A stretch of DNA of 64,000 bases from Chlamydiota bacterium. GTDB lineage: Bacteria; Auribacterota; Tritonobacteria; UBA1439. The first letter of the stretch is position 1; each line of letters starts with the position of its first letter. The stretch covers positions 29,743 through 93,742 of the forward strand of contig JAAYCL010000042.1 in assembly GCA_012729785.1 (NCBI GenBank). The letters are read 5' to 3'. Shown piece after piece: positions 34,406 through 44,192 of this stretch. Made by a program: the position numbers and the translations under genes. The notes beneath the pieces were generated by a model. That model worked only from the letters and a program-made list of their open reading frames with translations, was not told where the DNA came from and made no database searches.

Positions 34406-35542
34406 GTGAACCAGCGGACGTTGCTCTTCTTCACGGTGATCGCGCTTTTGGGCATCGGCATCGTGATGATCTACTCCACGAGCGCCATCTTCGCCCAGGA
34501 GCGCTTCGGGGACGGGTACTACTACCTGAAGCGCCAGGCGCTCTGGGTGTTCATCGGCCTCGCCGCCTTCGCCGCGGCCATGAACGTCGACTACCACCGG
34601 CTCCGCGCGCACAGCCTCACGCTGGTCTTCGCCAGCATCGCCCTCCTCGCGCTTGTCTTCGTTCCCGGGGTCGGGAGGACGGCGGGGGGGGCGAGCCGCT
34701 GGATCAGGATGGGGCCGGTCAACTTCCAGCCGTCCGAGTTCGCCAAGCTCGCCGTCGTCCTCTACATGGCGGACGTGATGGCGAGGAAACAGCGCCAGAT
34801 CGCCCTGTTCTGGAAAGGGCTGGCGCTGCCGCTCGCCCTCTTCGGGGGGATGCTCTGCATGATCATGCTCCAGCCGGATCTGGGGACGACGATCCTCTGC
34901 GCGCTCGTCATCGGCATACTGCTGTTCGTGGCGGGGGTGCGGATGCGCCTCCTCCTCCCGCTCTGCCTCGCCGCCCTGCCCGCGATCTACGCGCTTGTCT
35001 TCAGTTCCGACTACCGGAGGAGGCGGATCCTGGCGTTCGTGAATCCGTGGGCGGACCCGGAGGGGACCGGTTTCCAGATCATCCAGTCGTTCATCGCCCT
35101 CGGCTCCGGCGGGGTCGCGGGGCTCGGGCTCGCCCAGAGCCGACAGAAGTTCTACTACCTCCCCGCGGCGCACACGGATTTCATCTTCTCCATCATCGGG
35201 GAGGAGCTCGGCATCCTCGGGGCGGGCGCCGTCGTCACGCTGTTTTTGGGCCTGCTCGTCTTCGGGATGCGGGTGTGCGCGAAGGCGCCCGACCTGTACG
35301 GGCACCTGCTGGCACTCGGGATCGTCTCGATGCTCACCCTCCAGGCGCTGATCAACATCGCGGTGGTGACCGGGAGCCTGCCGACGAAAGGGTTGCCGCT
35401 CCCGTTCATCAGCTTCGGCGGATCGAGCATGATCTTCAACCTGTTCTCCCTTGGGGTGCTGATGAACATCGGCAGGCACGAGGGGACGGACCAGGTGGCG
35501 CACTATCTCGAGAGCCGTTCCGACAGGACGATGCGCATATGA
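34406..35542 (+). CDS. ftsW: SEDS family peptidoglycan polymerase FtsW
   Basis: GASRWI, FQPSEFAK, LQPDLGT, LPAAHTDFIFSIIGEELG, LPFISFGGSS. Confidence 0.95.
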   Translation: MNQRTLLFFTVIALLGIGIVMIYSTSAIFAQERFGDGYYYLKRQALWVFIGLAAFAAAMNVDYHRLRAHSLTLVFASIALLALVFVPGVGRTAGGASRWIRMGPVNFQPSEFAKLAVVLYMADVMARKQRQIALFWKGLALPLALFGGMLCMIMLQPDLGTTILCALVIGILLFVAGVRMRLLLPLCLAALPAIYALVFSSDYRRRRILAFVNPWADPEGTGFQIIQSFIALGSGGVAGLGLAQSRQKFYYLPAAHTDFIFSIIGEELGILGAGAVVTLFLGLLVFGMRVCAKAPDLYGHLLALGIVSMLTLQALINIAVVTGSLPTKGLPLPFISFGGSSMIFNLFSLGVLMNIGRHEGTDQVAHYLESRSDRTMRI

Positions 35543-36654
35543 GGATCGCCTTCGCGGCGGGGGGGACCGGCGGGCACCTGTACCCGGCGATCGCCGTCGC
35601 GGAGGCGCTCGCGGCGGCGGGCCGCGCGCATGACTGCTTCTTCTTCGTGTCGCGGCGCGGCGTCGAGCGGAGGATACTGGAGGGCGGCGGGTTCCCGTTC
35701 GCGGAGCTGCCGGCGTGCCCGGTCGCGTCCGCCGCGCCGCACCGGCTCCTGCCCGCGGCGGCGCGGATGCTGTGGGCCTACCGGGCGGCGCGGCGGCTGA
35801 TGCGGGAGCGAAACACCGAGGTGCTGGTCGGTTTCGGGGCGTACGCGTCGGTGCCGCCCGCCTTGGCGGCGCGCGCCCTGGGGCTCGGCCTGGTTATCCA
35901 CGAGGCGAACGCGGTGATGGGGAGGGCGAACCGGCTGCTGAGGCGCGTCGCGCACGCGGTCGCGTTGGGGATGCCGCAGGGGGAACGCCGAGGCGAAACG
36001 CCGGGGGAGGTCACCGGCACCCCGCTCCGCGCCGGGATCCTGCGCGGGGCCGACCGGAACGAGTCGCGCCGGCTGCTCGGCCTCGCGCCCGACCGGTTCA
36101 CCCTCCTCGTGACGGGGGGGAGCCAGGGGGCGCGCGCCTTGAACGGGGCGGCGGCGGGGGCGGCGGGGGCGTTCACGCGCGAGGGGATCCAGGTGCTGCA
36201 CCTCGCGGGGGAGGAGGGATGCAGCGAAGTGCGGGAGGCGTACCGCCTCGCGGGGCTGGCGGGCGCGGTGCTGCCGTACCTCGGCGGGATGGAGCGGGCG
36301 TACGCCGCGGCGGACATCGCCGTCTGCCGCGCGGGGGCGATGACGCTCGCCGAACTCGCGCAGGCCGGGCTTCCGGCGATCGCGGTGCCGTTCCCGGGGG
36401 CGACCGGGAACCACCAGGAGGCCAACGCCCGCTTCTACGAGAGGGCGGGCGGCGTGCGGGTGCTCCCGGAGCGCGATCTGACGCCGGGGCGCCTGGCCGA
36501 ACTGGTGATCGGGTGCATGCGCAGCCGCGCGGAGAGGGAGGCGATGTCGCGCGCCATGCGCGCCGCGGCGAGGCCGGACGCCGCGGCGCGGGTGGCGGAG
36601 ATCGTCGAGAGGGTTGCGGGACGGCGGAGGGGAGGCCGGAGACGAGATGCGTGA
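35539..36654 (+). CDS. murG: UDP-GlcNAc:lipid I transferase
   Basis: GGTGGHLYP, HEANAVMGRAN, GGSQGA, RAGAMT, HQEANA. Confidence 0.95.
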   Translation: MRIAFAAGGTGGHLYPAIAVAEALAAAGRAHDCFFFVSRRGVERRILEGGGFPFAELPACPVASAAPHRLLPAAARMLWAYRAARRLMRERNTEVLVGFGAYASVPPALAARALGLGLVIHEANAVMGRANRLLRRVAHAVALGMPQGERRGETPGEVTGTPLRAGILRGADRNESRRLLGLAPDRFTLLVTGGSQGARALNGAAAGAAGAFTREGIQVLHLAGEEGCSEVREAYRLAGLAGAVLPYLGGMERAYAAADIAVCRAGAMTLAELAQAGLPAIAVPFPGATGNHQEANARFYERAGGVRVLPERDLTPGRLAELVIGCMRSRAEREAMSRAMRAAARPDAAARVAEIVERVAGRRRGGRRRDA

Positions 36655-37555
36655 CGCCGCCCTCCAGGGACGCCTCCGCGAGCTGTTCGGGGCGCGGGTC
36701 CGCTTCGACGAACCGCTCGCCCTGCACACGAGCCTGCGGATCGGCGGGGCCGCGGAGGCGTGGGTCGAGGCGGAGACGGAGGAGGAGCTCCGGCAGCTTC
36801 TCTCCCTCTGCGCGGAGAGGGGGGCGCCGTTCCTGGCGGTCGGCGGGGGGACGAACCTCCTGGTGCGGGACGGCGGCTTTCGCGGTGTCGCGGCGCGGCT
36901 CGCCGGACGACTCGCGGAGACGCGTTTCGACGGCCGCGAAGCGGTGTCGGGCGGAGGCGCCCGGCTCCAGACGCTCGTCGCGGGGGCGCTGCGGCGCGGC
37001 CTCGCCGGCCTCGAGCGCCTCGCCGGGATCCCGGGCACGGTGGGCGGCGCGGTGCGGATGAACGCGGGGGCGGGCGGCGCGGCGATCGGGGACAGGGTCG
37101 CATGGGCGCGCCTCCTCGATCCCTCGGGCGCGGCGCGCCGGGTGGAGGGAACGGCGATGGGTTTCGGCTACCGCGAGTGCGGGGCGGCGCGCAGGGCGGT
37201 CGTCGTGGAGGTCGGCCTGGCGCTCGTTCCGGGCGACCCGTCGGCCCTGGCCGCCGAGGCGGAGGCACGCCTGCGGAGCCGGGCGGAGCGGCTCCCGGAT
37301 GAGCCGAGCGCCGGCTGCGTATTCAGGAACCCGCCCGGCGGGCCGCCCGCAGGGGCGCTCATCGAGCGGCTCGGCCTGAAGGGGGCCCGGGAGGGCGGCG
37401 CCGCGGTGCATGCGCGGCACGCGAACGTGATCGTGAACCGCGGCTCCGCCACGGCCGCCGACGTGCTGTCCCTGATGGGCCTGATCGAGGAGAGGGTCCG
37501 CGAGGCGACGGGGACGGTTTTGGTGCCGGAACTGGTCGTGGAGGGGGAGGGATGA
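36647..37555 (+). CDS. murB: UDP-N-acetylenolpyruvylglucosamine reductase
   Basis: HTSLRIGG, GGGTNLLV, GIPGTVGGAVRMNAG, SAGCVFRNP, HANVIVN. Confidence 0.93.
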   Translation: MRDAALQGRLRELFGARVRFDEPLALHTSLRIGGAAEAWVEAETEEELRQLLSLCAERGAPFLAVGGGTNLLVRDGGFRGVAARLAGRLAETRFDGREAVSGGGARLQTLVAGALRRGLAGLERLAGIPGTVGGAVRMNAGAGGAAIGDRVAWARLLDPSGAARRVEGTAMGFGYRECGAARRAVVVEVGLALVPGDPSALAAEAEARLRSRAERLPDEPSAGCVFRNPPGGPPAGALIERLGLKGAREGGAAVHARHANVIVNRGSATAADVLSLMGLIEERVREATGTVLVPELVVEGEG

Positions 37556-37580
37556 CGGGGGATACGGGGGGATCAGGCGG

Positions 37581-38477
37581 ATGAGGAAGAAGGGGAACGT
37601 CAAACTGCGGAAGGGTCGCCGCACGATCGTCTTCAACGTCGACGTGGCGCGCCGGCGGCGCGCGCGGGAGCAGCACGCCGCGCACGACCGCGCCGCCCTG
37701 TGGCGGCGGGCCAAGCTCGCCGCGGCGATCGCCGCGGCGGCGGCCCTCGGCCTCCTCGGCACGGCGAGCGTCCGAGAGCGGTTCCAGACGCCGCCGCGCT
37801 TCACGGTCCGGTGGATCGAGGTCGCCAACGAGGAGACGCTCTCGAAGCGGGAGATCGCCGCCATCTCCCGCGTGCAGGTCGGCGACAACCTGATCACCGC
37901 GGACCTCGAGGCGGTCCGCCGGCGCCTCTGCGCGCACCCCGATATACGGGACGCCGTCGTGAGCCGGAGGATCCCAGGGGGGATCCTGGTGCGGGTCTAC
38001 GAGCGCACCCCGATCGCCGCGGTGGAGGCGGGGGGGCGCTATGTGCTCGACGAGGAGGGCTTCGTCCTCTCCCCGAAGAAGGCGGCGGCGTGCCGCGCCC
38101 TTCCGTTTGTCACCGGCCCGTCATTCAAGGCGCTTCGGCCGGGCGACCGCATGCGCAGCCCCGCCGTCCGCCGGGCGCTCGACGTCGTCAAGACCTGCCG
38201 CGAAACGGAGCTCGGCGGGCAGGTCGAGCTTGTGGGCGTGGACGTGCGCGACCCGGAGAACACGGTGCTGCGGTCCGGTTCCATACAGGAGATACGGATG
38301 GGCGGCGACGACCTCGACGAGCGGCTCCGGCTGCTGTCGTTCGTGCTGAAGCAGCGGAGATTGCGCGGCATCGAGGGGCCGGCCTCCTATCTCGATCTGC
38401 GCTGGAAGGACGTCGCCGAGATGCCGCTGCGGCGGGACGTGGCCTCGGTGCGTTCGTCGCGGGGAGGGGCGGAATGA
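37581..38477 (+). CDS. ftsQ: Cell division protein FtsQ/DivIB
   Basis: TM helix, POTRA-like segment, VYERTPIA, YLDLRWK; position before ftsA. Confidence 0.85.
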   Translation: MRKKGNVKLRKGRRTIVFNVDVARRRRAREQHAAHDRAALWRRAKLAAAIAAAAALGLLGTASVRERFQTPPRFTVRWIEVANEETLSKREIAAISRVQVGDNLITADLEAVRRRLCAHPDIRDAVVSRRIPGGILVRVYERTPIAAVEAGGRYVLDEEGFVLSPKKAAACRALPFVTGPSFKALRPGDRMRSPAVRRALDVVKTCRETELGGQVELVGVDVRDPENTVLRSGSIQEIRMGGDDLDERLRLLSFVLKQRRLRGIEGPASYLDLRWKDVAEMPLRRDVASVRSSRGGAE

Positions 38478-39712
38478 CGGCCGGCGCGAACCTCGTCATC
38501 GGTCTCGACGTCGGCACGACCGCGGTGCGGACCGTCGTGGCGGAGCTGGACCGCGAGACGCGGTCGCTCCGGGTCATCGGCCTCGGCCACGCCGCGGCGC
38601 GGGGGCTCCGCAAGGGGCTGGTGACGAACCTGGACGGGGCCGTCGAATCGATCACCCGCTCCGTCGAGGACGCCGAGAAGATGGCGAATGTGGAGATCCA
38701 CTCGGTCTTCGCCGGGATCACCGGGGGGCACGTCAGGTCGTTCAACAGCCGCGGCGTCGCGGCGATCGGCGAGGGGGGGGAGATAGGCCGCAAGGACGTG
38801 GATCGCGCGATCGCGGCGGCGCGCGCCGTCTCGCTCTCGGCCGACCGGGAGATCCTCCACACGATCCCCCAGGAGTTCACCGTCGACGGGCAGGCGGGGA
38901 TATGGGAGCCGGAGGGGATGGCGGGGGTCCGCCTCGAGGCGGAGGCGCACATCGTCACCGGAACCATCACGGCCGCGCAGAACATCGTCAAGGCCGTCAA
39001 CAAGGCGGGGTTCGAGGTGGAGGATATCGTCCTCCAGTCGCTCGCCGAGAGCATCGCGGTCCTCGGCGAGGACGAGAAGAACTCCGGCGTGCTGCTCGTC
39101 GGGCTCGGGGGAGGGACGACCGGCTTCGCCGCGTTCCACCGCGGCTGCATCCGCCGGTCGGGGGTGCTCGCCGTCGGCGGCGACCACGTCACCAACGACA
39201 TCTCGGTCGCGCTCAGGGTGCCGATCACGCTCGCTGAGGAGGCCAAGGTGACATGGGGCAGCATGGCGGAGGAGCGCGCGGAGGCGGGGGAGGAGATCGA
39301 GGTGCCGCCGTCGCCGGGCCGGGACGCGTTCCGTTTCGGGCGGCGGGACCTCGCGCGGGTGATCGAGAGCAGGATGACCGAGATCCTCACGCTCGTCAGG
39401 CGCCAGGCGGACCGGTCGGGGCTGCGCCGGATGATGGCCGCGGGGGTGGTGCTCACGGGCGGCGGCGCGCTCGGCGACGGGGCTGTCGAACTCGCGGCGA
39501 GGATCTTCGACCTCCCGGTGCGGATCGGGAGACCGGCCGGAATCTCGGGCATCTCGGAGGCGCTGGACAACCCCGTCTTCGCGACCGGGACCGGCCTCGC
39601 CCTGTACGGGCAGCGGATGAGGAACGAGGGGAGGGTCTCCCGGTTCAGGCGGCGGGGCCGTCTGTCGCGCGCCGCGGACCGGCTGCGGGAGTGGGTGGGG
39701 AAGCGTTTCTGA
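38474..39712 (+). CDS. ftsA: Cell division protein FtsA
   Basis: GLDVGTT, GLRKG, GVRLEAEAHIV, GGDHVTNDI, GVVLTGGG. Confidence 0.95.
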   Translation: MTAGANLVIGLDVGTTAVRTVVAELDRETRSLRVIGLGHAAARGLRKGLVTNLDGAVESITRSVEDAEKMANVEIHSVFAGITGGHVRSFNSRGVAAIGEGGEIGRKDVDRAIAAARAVSLSADREILHTIPQEFTVDGQAGIWEPEGMAGVRLEAEAHIVTGTITAAQNIVKAVNKAGFEVEDIVLQSLAESIAVLGEDEKNSGVLLVGLGGGTTGFAAFHRGCIRRSGVLAVGGDHVTNDISVALRVPITLAEEAKVTWGSMAEERAEAGEEIEVPPSPGRDAFRFGRRDLARVIESRMTEILTLVRRQADRSGLRRMMAAGVVLTGGGALGDGAVELAARIFDLPVRIGRPAGISGISEALDNPVFATGTGLALYGQRMRNEGRVSRFRRRGRLSRAADRLREWVGKRF

Positions 39713-39750
39713 CCTTCCGTCCCCGTCACGGGTGCAAGGAGGGAAGATCG

Positions 39751-40887
39751 ATGGATTCAAAGGAAGGACGCCAGGTGCAGATCAGGGTGCTGGGGGTCGG
39801 CGGGGCGGGCTCCAACGCCCTCGACCGGATGCTCGGGACGGACGGCGAACGGATCGACTGCGTGGCGGTCAACACCGACCGCCAGGCACTGGAACGGTCA
39901 AGCGCTCCGCAGAAGATCCAGATCGGGGAACAGATCACCCGCGGACTCGGCGCGGGAGGGAATCCGGAGGTCGGGCGGCGGGCGGCGCTGGACTCGACCT
40001 CCGCGCTCGAGGCGGCGATCGACGGGTGCGACCTCCTGTTCGTCGTGGCGGGGTTCGGCGGCGGGACGGGAACGGGGGTCTGCCCCGTGGTGGCGCAGAT
40101 GGCCCGCGATCGCGGGATACTCACCGTGGTGATCGCCACCACGCCGTTCGACTTCGAAGGGCAGAAGAGGAAGGCGCAGGCGATGGAGGGGCTTCGGCTC
40201 GTCGACGAGGTCGCCGACACGGTGATCGTGGCGCCGAACGACCGGCTCTTCCAGGGCGCCGACCCGGCCAGCTCGATGGTGGATGCGTTCGCCTTCACCA
40301 ACGACATCCTCGCGGAAGGGGTCGGGTGCATCGTGCGGCTCATCACCAGGACCGGGCTCATCAACCTCGACTTCGCCGACGTCAGGACGATCCTATGCGG
40401 CGGGGGGCGTGCCGCGCTCGGTTTCGGGACGGGCGCCGGGGAGGGGGGCGCCGTCGAGGCGGCGCGCCGTGCGCTGGAGAACCCGCTCTTCGACCGGGAA
40501 GCGCTCTCCCGCGCGCGCGGGCTGCTCATAAGCGTGATGGGCGGCGACGACCTCGGCCTAGGCGAGGTCCGGGAGGCGGCGGTGACGGTCAGCGGGATGG
40601 GCGACGGGAACGCGCACGTGATCTTCGGCGCCGTGGTCGATGCGGAGTTCCGGGGCAGGCGCCTGGTGACGGTGCTGGCGACGAGCCGCGACGGAACGGG
40701 GATGGCGGAGGCCGGGCACACGGAGGAAACAATCGCCGCGCCCGTCCCGCTGCAGACGATGATCGACCTGGATTTCAACAGCTACGAGCATTTCGAGCAG
40801 ACGGAGCCCACGATATTCGAAGGGGAGAACCTCGACATCCCGACCTTCATGCGCAAGGGGGTGCGCGTCGGCGCCGCGGCGGGGTGA
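39751..40887 (+). CDS. ftsZ: Cell division protein FtsZ
   Basis: GVGGAGSNA, AVNTD, GAGGNPEVG, GGGTGTG, GLINLDFADV; C-terminal LDIPTFMRK. Confidence 0.96.
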   Translation: MDSKEGRQVQIRVLGVGGAGSNALDRMLGTDGERIDCVAVNTDRQALERSSAPQKIQIGEQITRGLGAGGNPEVGRRAALDSTSALEAAIDGCDLLFVVAGFGGGTGTGVCPVVAQMARDRGILTVVIATTPFDFEGQKRKAQAMEGLRLVDEVADTVIVAPNDRLFQGADPASSMVDAFAFTNDILAEGVGCIVRLITRTGLINLDFADVRTILCGGGRAALGFGTGAGEGGAVEAARRALENPLFDREALSRARGLLISVMGGDDLGLGEVREAAVTVSGMGDGNAHVIFGAVVDAEFRGRRLVTVLATSRDGTGMAEAGHTEETIAAPVPLQTMIDLDFNSYEHFEQTEPTIFEGENLDIPTFMRKGVRVGAAAG

Positions 40888-41042
40888 TCCGCCGCCTGCG
40901 GAAGACGATTCGGGGCGACCGCCGGCCAGTTACCCACACTCGCCTCTGGACGGTCGGCCGCCCTGATCTTCATTGCACGGGGCCCACAGGAGCCCTGAAA
41001 ACCGAAGGTGGCCGGACCCGGGCGCAGCGCCGCTGCGCGCAC

Positions 41043-41079
41043 TCCGCGGTTGAACGGGGGGGGCGGGATAGGGTATAGT
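41043..41079 (+). promoter_or_regulatory. sigma70-like promoter carrying a TCCGCGGTTGAACG element
   Basis: TTGAAC(41050)-18-TATAGT(41074). Confidence 0.55.
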
Positions 41080-41105
41080 CTGTGCCGCACGGGGGGAGGC
41101 GGACG

Positions 41106-41786
41106 ATGCGGCTGCTCCAGTTCCTTCTGCGGGTCGCCAAGTTCATCGCGGGCCTCCTGCTCATCCCCGCCTGCGCCGGGGCCACGGTGGCCCTCTACCG
41201 AGACCTCCTGGGGCCGATCAGTTCCCAGGTCTGGTTTCTCGCCGGCTTCGGCGTCTTCGTCCTGATCTTCGCCATCTTTCAACAGCCGATAAAGTCGTAC
41301 GTCTTCGGGCACGAGCTCACCCACGCCTTCTGGATACTCCTCTTCCGCGGCGAGGTGACCGCCTTTTCCGCCTCCTCGAAAGGGGGGAGGGTGGAGGGGA
41401 CGAAAGGGAACTTCCTCATCGCGCTCTCCCCGTACTTCTTCCCCGTCTACACCATCCTCCTCATCGCCCTCTACTTCGCGGGGAAGCTGTTCTGGGAGCC
41501 GCAGCGGTTCACCGAGGGGTTCGTCTTCCTGATCGGCTTCACCTGGGCGTTCCACATCATCCTGACCATCTCGGTTCTGATCAAGGGGCAGACGGAGGTC
41601 AAGAAGAACGGCTACCTGTTCTCGATCGCCGTCATCTACCTGATGAACATCCTGGTGCTCGGGCTCGTGCTCACCTTCATCTGCGATACGTTCGACCTGG
41701 CGGACCTCGCCTCCGCGATGCGCGGGAGCGTCTCCGAGGCGTACGCCCGTTTCGCGCGCGCGGCGGGGACCCTCTCCGCGCGCTGA
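41106..41786 (+). CDS. Membrane protein with HExxH motif, peptidase M50B-like
   Basis: FGHELTHA within TM segments; GG.V and ALSPYFFP motifs. Confidence 0.65.
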   Translation: MRLLQFLLRVAKFIAGLLLIPACAGATVALYRDLLGPISSQVWFLAGFGVFVLIFAIFQQPIKSYVFGHELTHAFWILLFRGEVTAFSASSKGGRVEGTKGNFLIALSPYFFPVYTILLIALYFAGKLFWEPQRFTEGFVFLIGFTWAFHIILTISVLIKGQTEVKKNGYLFSIAVIYLMNILVLGLVLTFICDTFDLADLASAMRGSVSEAYARFARAAGTLSAR

Positions 41787-41874
41787 CGGGGAGGCGGAGA
41801 GGGGAGGGGGCCGACGGGCCCCGGCTCCCGGGGGAAAGGCCCCGGGGGACGCGGCGGAGCCGCCGCGCGGGGAT

Positions 41875-41910
41875 TCCGCGGTTGAACGCGGCGGCCGGTG
41901 GCGCTATACT
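41875..41910 (+). promoter_or_regulatory. sigma70-like promoter carrying the same TCCGCGGTTGAACG element
   Basis: TTGAAC(41882)-17-TATACT(41905). Confidence 0.6.
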
Positions 41911-41952
41911 GTCGCCGTCGCACCGGTCTGGATCATCGGGAGGAGGTTCACA

Positions 41953-42528
41953 ATGAGCTATGCGGGACGTGTCGCCGCGCTCGCCGCGGCCGCGGCGTGC
42001 GCCGCGGGGTGCGCGGCGGTGCTGCACCCGTACAAGTCCGCGTCCACCGGCTTTCATATCGCCTCGGTGAAACGCGAGGACAAGCTGCTCGCCATCGACG
42101 GACAGTCGCGTCTCGTGGAGGCCCGCGGCATCAAGTCCGAGGGGAGCAGCGGTTCCGGGAAGTTCACCGGCCTCGGGGGGCTCGACAAGTGGCGCTACGA
42201 GGCGCGGTTCCTCCCCCCCGAGAAGCAGGGCGAGGAGTACGTCGTCACCTTCGTGGCCCGGGGGCCCGACGCGGCCCTGCCGAGGCCGCTGACCGTCGTC
42301 TTCGAGTATATGTACACGAAGGAGGTCGAGGTCCACTCCTCCCGGAGGGTGTACGAGAACCTCCCCGTGGGGCGGCACAAGTATGTCTGGAAGAACCTCG
42401 GCGCGCAGAACCTGGAGAAGGGGGATATCGCCAGCTGGCGCGTCACGCTCCAGTACGACGGCGTCGAGGTCGCCGAGAAGCGCTCGGCGCTCTGGCGGCC
42501 GTGGGGCAAGGTCGTTCTTGACGAGTAG
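41953..42528 (+). CDS. Hypothetical lipoprotein
   Basis: Ala-rich leader ending AAGC; RBS GGAGGAGG. Confidence 0.65.
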   Translation: MSYAGRVAALAAAAACAAGCAAVLHPYKSASTGFHIASVKREDKLLAIDGQSRLVEARGIKSEGSSGSGKFTGLGGLDKWRYEARFLPPEKQGEEYVVTFVARGPDAALPRPLTVVFEYMYTKEVEVHSSRRVYENLPVGRHKYVWKNLGAQNLEKGDIASWRVTLQYDGVEVAEKRSALWRPWGKVVLDE

Positions 42529-42547
42529 CCGTCCGGATCCCCCGTCC

Positions 42548-44149
42548 ATGCGCGTGCGCGATACGGGCGTCCCGGCGGAACGGTGCGAGAGTCTCGGGCG
42601 GATGCTCGAGGAGACCGCCTCCCGCCACCCGCGACGCCCGGCGCTCTTCACCGAGGGGCGCGTCGTCAGCTACCGTCTCCTGGATGCGCGGACGAACCGT
42701 TTCGCCTCCGTTCTCCGCACCCGCCTCGGGATCAGGCGCGGCGACCGCGTCGCCGTCCTCCTCGGCAATGGGCGGCATTTCGTCTACTCGTTCCTCGGCG
42801 CGCTCAAGGCGGGCGCGACGGTCGTCCCCCTCAACACCTTCCTGACCGCCCCGGAGCTCCGGTACATCATGGAGGACTCGGGCGCGAAGGTCCTCGTGAC
42901 CTCCGACGCGTTCGCCCCCGCGGTCAGGGGGTTCTCGGATTCCGTCCGGTCCCTCGAGGCGATCGCCACCTTCGGCCGGGAGGATCTCGGCGCCAAGGGC
43001 CGGCGCTGCGACGAGCTCCTCCGCGGAGCGGGGGCGGGGCCGCCGGGGGTCCCCGTCGGCAGGGAGGATCTCGCCGTCGTCATCTACACCTCCGGGACGA
43101 CCGGAAGGCCGAAGGGCGCGATGCTCACCCACGGCAACCTCCTTTCCAACCTCTCCGCCTCGGCGAAATGCATCAGGATCGGGCCGCGCGACCGGGTCGT
43201 CTTCTTCATCCCGATGTTCCACTCGTTCGCCCTGACCGCCTGCATCCTGATGCCGATCGCCGTGGGGGCGGGGTGCGTCGCCGTGGCGCGGCTCGCGTCG
43301 TTCCCGCGGCTCGTCGGGGAGATGCTCAAGCGGCGGGCGACGATATTCATCGGCATCCCGCATCTGTATGACGTGCTCGCGCAGCGCGGGTTCCCCTGGT
43401 GGGTGAGGCGGATCCTGCGGCTTCGGCTCTGCATCTCCGGCTCCGCCCCGCTCTCGGCGGCGACGCTCAGGGCGTTCGAGAAGCGCGTGCGGATCCCGCT
43501 CCTCGAAGGGTACGGCCTCTCGGAGACGTCGCCGGTCGTCTCGATCAACCCGCTCGACGGGGTGCGCAAACCGGGCTCGGTCGGCCAGCCGATCCCCGGC
43601 GTCGAGGTGCGGATCGTCTCCGGGGACGGGGCGTCCCTCCCGCAGGGGGAGCGGGGCGAGGTCGCGGTGCGGGGGCCGAACGTGATGCGGGGCTACCTGA
43701 ACAGGCCGCGCGAGACCAAGGAGACGATCCGGGACGGCTGGTTGCTGACAGGCGACATCGGCACGCTCGACGAGGACGGGTACCTGTACATCGTCGACAG
43801 GAAGAAGGATATGATCCTGTTCCACGGGATGAACGTCTACCCGCGCGAGATCGAGGAGGTGCTCTATCGCCACCCGCGCGTGGCGGAGGCCGCGGTCGTG
43901 GGCGCGCCCGACACACACCGGGGCGAGGTGCCGGTCGCCTTCGTCTCCCTCAGGGAGGGCGGGGGCGATCCGGTGCGCGAGCTCGTCTCCTGGTGCCGCC
44001 GCCACCTCGCCGCGTACAAGGTCCCCCGCCGGATCGTCGTGCGCGACAAACTGCCCCGGAATGCGGCGGGGAAGATCGTGAAATCGGGCCTCAGGGAGGC
44101 CTCGGCCGCCGGTGCGGCTTCGATCGACGGGGCGGCCCCGGGCGCTTGA
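42548..44149 (+). CDS. Long-chain fatty acid-CoA ligase (ANL family)
   Basis: YTSGTTGRPKG, EGYGLSE, TGD, DRKKDMI, PRNAAGK. Confidence 0.9.
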   Translation: MRVRDTGVPAERCESLGRMLEETASRHPRRPALFTEGRVVSYRLLDARTNRFASVLRTRLGIRRGDRVAVLLGNGRHFVYSFLGALKAGATVVPLNTFLTAPELRYIMEDSGAKVLVTSDAFAPAVRGFSDSVRSLEAIATFGREDLGAKGRRCDELLRGAGAGPPGVPVGREDLAVVIYTSGTTGRPKGAMLTHGNLLSNLSASAKCIRIGPRDRVVFFIPMFHSFALTACILMPIAVGAGCVAVARLASFPRLVGEMLKRRATIFIGIPHLYDVLAQRGFPWWVRRILRLRLCISGSAPLSAATLRAFEKRVRIPLLEGYGLSETSPVVSINPLDGVRKPGSVGQPIPGVEVRIVSGDGASLPQGERGEVAVRGPNVMRGYLNRPRETKETIRDGWLLTGDIGTLDEDGYLYIVDRKKDMILFHGMNVYPREIEEVLYRHPRVAEAAVVGAPDTHRGEVPVAFVSLREGGGDPVRELVSWCRRHLAAYKVPRRIVVRDKLPRNAAGKIVKSGLREASAAGAASIDGAAPGA

Positions 44150-44174
44150 CGGCCTCAGGGGAACGTGCTATATA
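44146..44174 (+). promoter_or_regulatory. sigma70 promoter of the pilZ-pilT pair
   Basis: TTGACG-17-TATATA with TG extension. Confidence 0.6.
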
Positions 44175-44192
44175 TGCTGCAAGGAGTGATTC

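Noticed and set aside
40888-41040. Possible structured RNA after ftsZ (CCGGCCA/TGGCCGG pairing, GCGCAGCG-C-CGCTGCGC hairpin)
   Set aside because: I could not trace a consistent nested structure or a known RNA motif; the final hairpin may simply be a terminator. A cmscan would settle it.
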